Shown: in pieces, positions 6,135-11,563 of the stretch
Numbering within the stretch: the stretch's first letter is position 1
Layout of the letters: each line of letters starts with the position of its first letter
Source: Candidatus Eiseniibacteriota bacterium
Lineage (GTDB): Bacteria; Eisenbacteria; RBG-16-71-46
Length of the DNA stretch: 11,563 bases
Reading direction: 5' to 3'
NCBI GenBank assembly: GCA_031366795.1
Contig: JANLOX010000289.1
Coordinates: forward strand, 1 to 11,563
Translations under genes and position numbers: made by a program
Notes under the pieces: generated by a model
Database searches by the model: none
What the model saw: the letters and a program-made list of their open reading frames with translations, nothing else
What the model was told of the DNA's origin: nothing

Positions 6135-6889
6135 GATGCCTCCCGTGAACCGATTCGAGCCCTGCCTGGCGCGTCGACGATGGCGATCAGCGGACGCGGC
6201 CTGCCGTCCACCCGCACCCTCACCGGCTCACCGAGTCGCGCGTTGTGCAGCGCCACGCCATTCAATGCCAACGCCACGTCGCCGCGGCTCCACCACAACG
6301 CGATACGGTCGCCGGCATTGACGAGCGCCGGCGGCAGCGCCGTCGGGCTGTCGATGACCGTGCCCGCCAGAACGGCGCGGCGCAGTTCCCAACCGGCTGA
6401 GGGACGCGCGCCTTCGCGTGATGAGCGCGGGGCACCCCAATGGATGCGGGACGCCACGTTCACATCGCCTTCATTCAATCGTTCGCCACGCGCCAGATCA
6501 CGCGTCGCGACGCACACGGAGTCCTCGCTGCCGGCGCGCACGCGGACGGCGGCGATATCGCCATCGCCCGTGTCGATCGACAGCATGAACCACCCGTCGG
6601 TGCCACCCAGTACTTTGAACGGCGCGTTCGCCGGGGGCATCCCGGCAGGAGGCAAGACCCCCCAATCGAGGTGCAACGCGGACGCCGCCACGTTCCAGCG
6701 CTTGGCCACCGCGCCGCTGACGCGATCGATCCACGCGGGATCGACCACGCTTGCCGGCCGCGCAGGCGTTGCGGCGCCGCCGATGTTGCGGGCGACGACG
6801 CTCACCGGAGTGGCCGCGGGAGCCGCTGCGGCCGGCGGAGACATCACGGCCAGCACCAATCCGAGGACGAGCTCAGCGGATGAGGTCAT
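6131..6889 (-). CDS. flgA: P-ring formation chaperone FlgA, 252 aa
   Basis: Signal-like N-terminus; SAF domain VATRDLARGERLNEGDV...LRRAVLAGTVI...LVNAGDRI...GVALHNARLGEPVRVR. Located between flgG and flgH. Start is approximate (17 nt overlap with flgG). Confidence 0.88.
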   Translation of the reverse strand: MTSSAELVLGLVLAVMSPPAAAAPAATPVSVVARNIGGAATPARPASVVDPAWIDRVSGAVAKRWNVAASALHLDWGVLPPAGMPPANAPFKVLGGTDGWFMLSIDTGDGDIAAVRVRAGSEDSVCVATRDLARGERLNEGDVNVASRIHWGAPRSSREGARPSAGWELRRAVLAGTVIDSPTALPPALVNAGDRIALWWSRGDVALALNGVALHNARLGEPVRVRVDGRPRPLIAIVDAPGRARIGSREAS

Positions 6890-7661
6890 GCGCCGCCTGC
6901 ATCATCTGGTCACTGGTCTGGATTGCCTTGGCGTTGATCTCGTAGGCGCGCTGCGCCGCGATCATGTCCGTCATCTCCTGCACGATTTCGACGTTGCTCG
7001 ATTCGAGCGAGCCCTGCAGTAACTGGCCCAGACCTTCATCCTCGGGAAAGCCGGTGAACGCGGTGCCCGATGCCTGCGTCTCGAGGAATTCGTTCTGCCC
7101 CACGGCGATCAGGCCGTTCGGGTTGAGGAAACGCGCCAGTTCGATGCGGCCGATTTCCGTCGGCGTGCTCGAACCGGTGACCGTGGCGGTCACGACGCCG
7201 TTGGGCGAGATCGAAATGGCGGAAGCGTCCTGGGGCACCGTGATCTCGGGCAACAGGCCATGGCCGTCCTTCGTCACGAGCGAGCCGGCGTCCGACATGG
7301 TGAAGCCGCCATCGCGCGTGTAGCCGGTGACGCCATCGGGGCGCTGCACCTGGAAGAAGCCGTCCCCCTCGATCGACACATCGAGCGGCCGCTGGGTGGT
7401 CTCCGGGGCGCCCGCGTTGTCGAGCCGCAACACGGCGCCGACGCGCACACCCTTGCCGATCTGCACGGGGCCGACCGTCTCGGCGGTCTGGGGATTGGTG
7501 ATGCGCGCACCCTGCACGGTCTCGTACAGCACATCCTCGAACGACACGCGGCTGCGCTTGAAGGCGGTGGTGTTGACGTTGGCCAGGTTGTTGGCGATCA
7601 CGTCGATCATGCGCTGTTGCGCCATCATGCCGCTGGCGGAGGTCTTGAGGCTCGAGTCCAT
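6873..7661 (-). CDS. flgG: Distal rod protein FlgG, 262 aa
   Basis: SASGMMAQQRMIDVIANNLANVNTTAFKRSRVSFEDVLY; DVSIEGDGFFQV; YTRDG; LESSNVEIVQEMTDMIAAQRAYEINAKAI. GGAGG SD at 7671-7675. Confidence 0.97.
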   Translation of the reverse strand: MDSSLKTSASGMMAQQRMIDVIANNLANVNTTAFKRSRVSFEDVLYETVQGARITNPQTAETVGPVQIGKGVRVGAVLRLDNAGAPETTQRPLDVSIEGDGFFQVQRPDGVTGYTRDGGFTMSDAGSLVTKDGHGLLPEITVPQDASAISISPNGVVTATVTGSSTPTEIGRIELARFLNPNGLIAVGQNEFLETQASGTAFTGFPEDEGLGQLLQGSLESSNVEIVQEMTDMIAAQRAYEINAKAIQTSDQMMQAAHDLIR

Positions 7662-7692
7662 GGAATGCTTCCTCCCTGCAGGTGTTCAGGCG

Positions 7693-8385
7693 TTAGACGC
7701 GCCCGACCTCGGTGGTGATCGATCCGAGCACGCTGTCCATCGCGCGCATGGCTTCAATATTCGACGCATAGGCCCGCTGGATCGTGACGAGATCCACCAT
7801 CGACATCAGCGGGTCGAGGTTCGCTTCCTCCACCGCGCCCTGGCGCACCAGCGCCTGGCCCTCGGCGACTTCTTTGGTCGGTGTCGCGGGCAGGAAGCGG
7901 CCCTGGCCTTCCTTGAGCAGCGTGGCGGGCTCATCGACGGTCTCGATGCGCAGACGGCCGGCGATGGCGTCGTCGACGACCAGCGTGCCGTCCGCATGCA
8001 CTTCGATCTTCGAGCCGCTCACCAGCACGGGGCCCTGCTGGCCGAGCACAGGATTGCCATTCATGTCGGAGAGCACGCCGCGCGCATCGAGCCGCATCGA
8101 GCCGCCGCGCATCAGGCGTTCGCCACGCGGCGTGCGCACGACGAAGAAGCCGGGGCCTTCGAGGGCAAGGTCGAGAGGACGCCCGGTGTCACGCAGCGCT
8201 CCGGCCTTCAGGTCGGTCGACTGCACGGGCACGGGATTCTCACCGCCGGGCAGAATGTGCGCCGCAAGGCGGTCGGCCTTGAAGCCATCGGTATTCGCGT
8301 TGGCCACGTTGTTGGACGTGACCTCCTGCAGCCGCTGCCAGTAGGCGAGCGAGCGCGCGGTATCTATGATTCCCTTCATGACCAT
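7693..8385 (-). CDS. flgF: Proximal rod protein FlgF, 230 aa
   Basis: EVTSNNVANANTDGFK; TGRPLDLALEGPGFF; RQGAVEEANL...MVDLVTIQRAY. Lies upstream of flgG. ATG 8385 has AAAGGA 7 nt upstream; alternative ATG at 8379. Confidence 0.92.
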   Translation of the reverse strand: MVMKGIIDTARSLAYWQRLQEVTSNNVANANTDGFKADRLAAHILPGGENPVPVQSTDLKAGALRDTGRPLDLALEGPGFFVVRTPRGERLMRGGSMRLDARGVLSDMNGNPVLGQQGPVLVSGSKIEVHADGTLVVDDAIAGRLRIETVDEPATLLKEGQGRFLPATPTKEVAEGQALVRQGAVEEANLDPLMSMVDLVTIQRAYASNIEAMRAMDSVLGSITTEVGRV

Positions 8386-8406
8386 CGCGAGGTCCTTTCG
8401 AGAGGT

Positions 8407-8426
8407 GGGCACACACCTGCGTGCCC
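8407..8426 (-). other. 5'-UTR hairpin of the flgF transcript
   Basis: Minus strand GGGCACGC-AGGT-GTGTGCCC, an 8 bp stem with one G-U. It begins about 1 nt after the start site predicted from the sigma54 promoter (about 8427). Confidence 0.5.
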
Positions 8427-8437
8427 GCGGCTACTTT

Positions 8438-8453
8438 TGCAAACCCCATGCCG
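8438..8453 (-). promoter_or_regulatory. Sigma54 (RpoN) -24/-12 promoter for the flgF operon
   Basis: Minus strand CGGCATGGGGTTTGCA, i.e. GG-N10-GC, close to the consensus TGGCAC-N5-TTGCW. It lies about 53 nt upstream of the flgF start, in the only sizeable gap of the minus-strand cluster. Confidence 0.8.
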
Positions 8454-8472
8454 CCGGAAACCGCGGCACGTC

Positions 8473-8485
8473 CAAAGAGTTAATG
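8473..8485 (-). promoter_or_regulatory. Putative IHF-binding site upstream of the sigma54 promoter
   Basis: Minus strand CATTAACTCTTTG versus consensus WATCAANNNNTTR (2 mismatches). It is an AT-rich patch centred about 52 nt upstream of the predicted start site. Confidence 0.35.
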
Positions 8486-8497
8486 CTCCTGTTCACT

Positions 8498-9016
8498 TCA
8501 CATTGCGGTTGCGTCGCCCTGGGCGACGCGAGGCCGCGCGGCAGCGAGTGCCGGGGAGGTGCGGAAAGATTTGCCGCTTCGCACGCGCGCGCGCGAAGGA
8601 TCGATCATCGGCGAGAGCAGCAGGCGCACGGCGTCCTGGGACAGCCGTGTGTCGCGCGCGATGTGGTTCATCGGGCTGCCGCGCTGCGCCATGCGCAACA
8701 CGCGCAGCCGCTGACGCTGGGCGCGGATTGCCAGTACCGCGAACAAGACGACGAGCGCCGCGAGCAGCGCCGCGCCGGCGACGATGGTGGTCACGGGCAA
8801 GGGACGCGCGGCCGGATGCGCCACGGCGTTGAGTGCCATGATGAAGCGTTGTTCCTCGATCCACTGGTTCAGTTGAGCCAGTTGGCGTGACGTCGAGAGC
8901 GATGCGGCGTGCACCAACGGAGGGGCAATGCGGTTCCACGGCACGTAGCTCGACAGTGTCGTGCCGACCAGCACGAGTACGGTCCAGAACACCGCGGTCC
9001 ACGGTGAACGGTTCAT
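8498..9016 (-). CDS. Membrane protein with C-terminal HTH-like motif (SwrB/DUF6115/DUF2802-like), 172 aa
   Basis: ATG 9016 overlaps the fliA stop (ATGA), with a strong AAGGAGG SD upstream. Two hydrophobic segments (AVFWTVLVLVG; IVAGAALLAALVVLFAVLAI), followed by RVLRMAQRGSPMNHIARDTRLSQDAVRLLL. Confidence 0.72.
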   Translation of the reverse strand: MNRSPWTAVFWTVLVLVGTTLSSYVPWNRIAPPLVHAASLSTSRQLAQLNQWIEEQRFIMALNAVAHPAARPLPVTTIVAGAALLAALVVLFAVLAIRAQRQRLRVLRMAQRGSPMNHIARDTRLSQDAVRLLLSPMIDPSRARVRSGKSFRTSPALAAARPRVAQGDATAM

Positions 9017-9804
9017 GAGCGCTCCTCCTTGAGTACGAGGTTCTCGCGCAGCCGCTTGAGCGCGCGTGTGCGGATCTGCGACACCCGCGATTCGGTGACA
9101 TGGAGCATCTGCGCGATCTCGCGCAGGGACAGTTCTTCTTCGAACGAGAACGCCAACACCAGCCGGTCCTTCTCGGGCAACGACAGAAACACCTCGCGCA
9201 GCGTCGCCAGCGACTGGCTGCGCACCATGGCATCTTCGGGCAATTCGGCGGAGGTATCGGCGATGCGTTCTGCGATGCCGGCGGCCCCGGTGTCGTCGTT
9301 CGATTCGACGAGCGACAGCGTCACCGGCGGGCTGCTGTCGCGCTCGGCGTTCCACTTCCAGTACGTCTCGAGGTCAACGTTCAGTGCCGCGGCGATTTCG
9401 TGCGCCTCGGCGCGGCGACCGAGCTGCTGCTCGAGCTGCGCCTGGGCGCGCTCGAGCGTGCGCACGCGCGAGCGGCCGCCGCGCGATCGCCAATCGAGCG
9501 AGCGCAGTTCGTCGAGGATGGCGCCGCGAATGCGCGGCATGGCGTAGCTGCTGAAGGCCTGACCGCGGTTGGGGTCGAAGCCCTCGAGCGCCTGCACGAG
9601 CCCCACCGTGCCTGCGCTGATCAATTCATCGAGTTCCACCGTGCGTGCGCCGCGCCGGGCGATCTCGCGGGCGGCGTGGTGCACCAGCCCGAGGTAGCCG
9701 TCGAGCAGTTGCGTGCGCGCTCGCGAATCAGACGCGCCGCGGTAGCGCTGCCACAGCACGGCCGTGGGATCGTCGTGCGGATCGAGGCGGCGGGCTAAGT
9801 TCAC
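9013..9804 (-). CDS. fliA: Flagellar sigma factor FliA (sigma28, WhiG/FliA family), 263 aa
   Basis: Region 2 ELISAGTVGLVQALEGFDP...FSSYAMPRIRGAILDELRSLDW; region 4 LSLREIAQMLHVTESRVSQIRTRALKRLR. GTG 9804 overlaps the flhG stop (GTGA). Confidence 0.95.
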   Translation of the reverse strand: MNLARRLDPHDDPTAVLWQRYRGASDSRARTQLLDGYLGLVHHAAREIARRGARTVELDELISAGTVGLVQALEGFDPNRGQAFSSYAMPRIRGAILDELRSLDWRSRGGRSRVRTLERAQAQLEQQLGRRAEAHEIAAALNVDLETYWKWNAERDSSPPVTLSLVESNDDTGAAGIAERIADTSAELPEDAMVRSQSLATLREVFLSLPEKDRLVLAFSFEEELSLREIAQMLHVTESRVSQIRTRALKRLRENLVLKEERS

Positions 9805-10628
9805 GCGAGCGGGGTGCCACTGGCCGCGGGTTCGACCGCGAGCCGTGTGAGTTGTTCGGCGATGCGCCGGATCGCTTCGCACGGGGTGTCGAGCAACGTC
9901 GCGGGTTTGCGCGTTGCGCGCAGGATGTCGGTCTGTTCGTCGACCGCGCCCAGGTAGCGCAGCTCGCGGTGCAGGAACTTGGACGCCGCCAGCTGCAGGC
10001 GCTCGAACGTGGTTTCGCCCTCAGGTGCATCGAGCACGCGATTGACGATGATGTCGATCGGCAGCGTCGGGGCCTGCAGGTGGACGAGCTTGATGGTGGC
10101 GTAGACATCCGACAGCGCTGCCGGTTCGGGCACCGCGACCGCGATCAGGCGGCTGGCGCGCGTGGCGGCGGCGCGGACGACACCGTCGACGCCGGGACCC
10201 GAATCGACGATCACCGCATCGAAGCCGTCGGTCAGCGCACTCAGGCGCAGGTGCAGGCGCGCGCGATCCGTGGGTCCGAGCGCGTGAAGCGATTCGGCGC
10301 CCGAGTCGGCGGGCAACAGCCACAGACTGCCCCGCACTTGCAGCAGAAGATCCGCGGGCTGCGCGGCACCGCTGAGCAGCGATTCGAGCCGGGGCGCGGG
10401 ATGCAGCCCGAGCAGGATGTGCAGGTTGCCCTGGTTCTGCGAGCCATCGAACAGCAGCACGCGCAGACCCTGCGCCGCCAGCGCATTGCCCAGCAGCACG
10501 GACAGTACCGACTTGCCGACGCCGCCCTTGCCGCTGCCCATGACAAACGTGGGGACAGGGCAGGCCGGGTTCGCGGCCATTGGGCGCGCGGCCAGTTGGC
10601 GCCTGAGCGCTGAAGCCTGGTCGTTCAC
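9801..10628 (-). CDS. flhG: MinD-like flagellar number regulator FlhG/FleN, 275 aa
   Basis: N-terminal DQASALRR activator motif; deviant Walker A SGKGGVGKS; IVDSGPG; PEPAALSDVYATIK; IIVNRV. Located between flhF and fliA. GTG 10628 overlaps the flhF stop. Confidence 0.92.
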   Translation of the reverse strand: MNDQASALRRQLAARPMAANPACPVPTFVMGSGKGGVGKSVLSVLLGNALAAQGLRVLLFDGSQNQGNLHILLGLHPAPRLESLLSGAAQPADLLLQVRGSLWLLPADSGAESLHALGPTDRARLHLRLSALTDGFDAVIVDSGPGVDGVVRAAATRASRLIAVAVPEPAALSDVYATIKLVHLQAPTLPIDIIVNRVLDAPEGETTFERLQLAASKFLHRELRYLGAVDEQTDILRATRKPATLLDTPCEAIRRIAEQLTRLAVEPAASGTPLA

Positions 10629-11446
10629 GCGGTGGCCGTCGCTGTTGGAACTTGCGGGCGCTGGGTCGCGGCGGAGTGCAGGTCGTGCGGCACTTCCTGG
10701 CCGTCGCACGCCCAGCGCATGCCGAGCCCGAAGTGCTCGGCCAGTGCGAACACGTGTTCGTCGCCAGGGAATTCGTCCAGCTTGGTGACGATCAGATGCG
10801 TGAGTCCCAGCGGCTTGTGGTGCGCCACGAAGCGCCGCGCCAGTTCGGGGCGCAGCCCCGCGGGGAGCACCAGATGCACTTCGAGGGGGCCCATGCCACG
10901 CAGCGGCTGCAACAGTGCCGCGAGATCGTTCGATTGGCGCGGGCCTCTTCCAGCGGTGTCGACGAGGATGACCTCGCAGCCCGCGAGACGATGGATCGCC
11001 TCGGGCACTTCTTCCGGTGTGTAGGCGATGTCGATCGGCAGCCCCGAGAGTTCGGCGTACATGCGCAACTGCTCAAGCGCGCCGATGCGGTAGGTGTCGA
11101 GGCACAGCAGGCCCGCGGGCCAGCCGCCGAAGACCTGCGGATGGTTCGCCAGCTTGGCGAGTGTCGTCGTCTTGCCGGCGCCGGTGGGGCCGACGAGGGC
11201 GACCAGCAGGGGTTGTCCCATACGCGAGCGCGCGAGCGGCCGCATGGTGTTCGCCGCGGGCGCGACCGTGGGTCCGGGGCGCGCCGACTCGGCCGTGGCG
11301 GGATCCGCCGCGACCATTTCGAATAGCCCCGCCGCGATGCCTTCACCGCGGCGCACCGACAGGATGACGGCGTCCTCGCCGATCGTGGTCCGCGCGCGCG
11401 CCAGCAACTCGGCGAAGTCGGTTCCATGGAATTTTTCAAGCGGCAT
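10625..11446 (-). CDS. flhF: SRP-family GTPase FlhF, short form, 273 aa
   Basis: N-terminal FlhF motif (EKFHG...LARARTTIGEDAVILSVR); G motifs GPTGAGKTTTLAKLA, DTYRIGALEQL, DTAGR, TKLDE, GQEVPHDL. Lies directly downstream of flhA. Confidence 0.93.
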   Translation of the reverse strand: MPLEKFHGTDFAELLARARTTIGEDAVILSVRRGEGIAAGLFEMVAADPATAESARPGPTVAPAANTMRPLARSRMGQPLLVALVGPTGAGKTTTLAKLANHPQVFGGWPAGLLCLDTYRIGALEQLRMYAELSGLPIDIAYTPEEVPEAIHRLAGCEVILVDTAGRGPRQSNDLAALLQPLRGMGPLEVHLVLPAGLRPELARRFVAHHKPLGLTHLIVTKLDEFPGDEHVFALAEHFGLGMRWACDGQEVPHDLHSAATQRPQVPTATATA

Positions 11447-11563
11447 TGCTCAGCTCCCAGGTCGAGACGTTTTCGATCGGCGTCTGCGGCGGCAATTCGC
11501 TGAGCGAGATGACCGGCAGGCGCGGGAGAATGGGTTCGATCAGGCGGCGGATGCCGAGCCGCA
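11436..11563 (-). CDS. flhA: Flagellar export gate protein FlhA, last 41 aa (5'-truncated by the window)
   Basis: My translation from 11561: RLGIRRLIEPILPRLPVISLSELPPQTPIENVSTWELSNAA*, matching the FlhA C-terminal 'RxxlxxxlPxLxVlSxxEl' motif. The stop at 11436-11438 overlaps the flhF start by 11 nt. Not in the ORF track. Confidence 0.88.
   Translation of the reverse strand, partial: RLGIRRLIEPILPRLPVISLSELPPQTPIENVSTWELSNAA

Noticed and set aside
8439..8478. GCAAAC...GAAA...CAAAG on the plus strand resembling a c-di-GMP-I (GEMM) riboswitch
   Set aside because: Antisense to all neighbouring genes, wrong stem length, no second hairpin, and the sequence is explained by the sigma54 promoter on the minus strand.
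5469..8832. Long plus-strand ORFs (517 aa at 5469-7022 and 501 aa at 7327-8832) and similar antisense ORFs elsewhere
   Set aside because: Shadow frames antisense to well-supported flagellar genes. They are expected from stop-codon scarcity in GC-rich DNA and contain no motifs.
1..11563. Mobile elements, CRISPR arrays, rRNA/tRNA or defence genes
   Set aside because: No transposase/integrase motifs, terminal inverted repeats, regularly spaced repeats or RNA gene signatures were seen.

Overview
GC-rich bacterial flagellar gene region. The minus strand carries a tightly packed, mostly overlap-coupled series: 'flhA (3' end only), flhF, flhG, fliA, a two-TM SwrB/DUF2802-like gene, then a sigma54 promoter driving flgF, flgG, flgA, flgH, flgI, flgJ, flgN and flgK. 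The plus strand carries the 3' end of motB, coupled through an ATGA overlap to a REC + HD-GYP protein that is degenerate in both domains. The two units converge across an unannotated 546 bp gap (1550-2095), where flgL would normally sit. The core machinery is ordinary; the unusual part is its regulatory layer. It comprises a pseudo-receiver/pseudo-phosphodiesterase coupled to the stator gene, an FlhF apparently lacking its N domain, an FlhG lacking the catalytic switch-I Asp and a C-terminal membrane helix, a Cys-free FlgH, no flgM or flgL at their usual positions, and a small ORF with FlgL-like N-terminal motifs in the gap. All family calls come from motif recognition by eye; no database searches were run.
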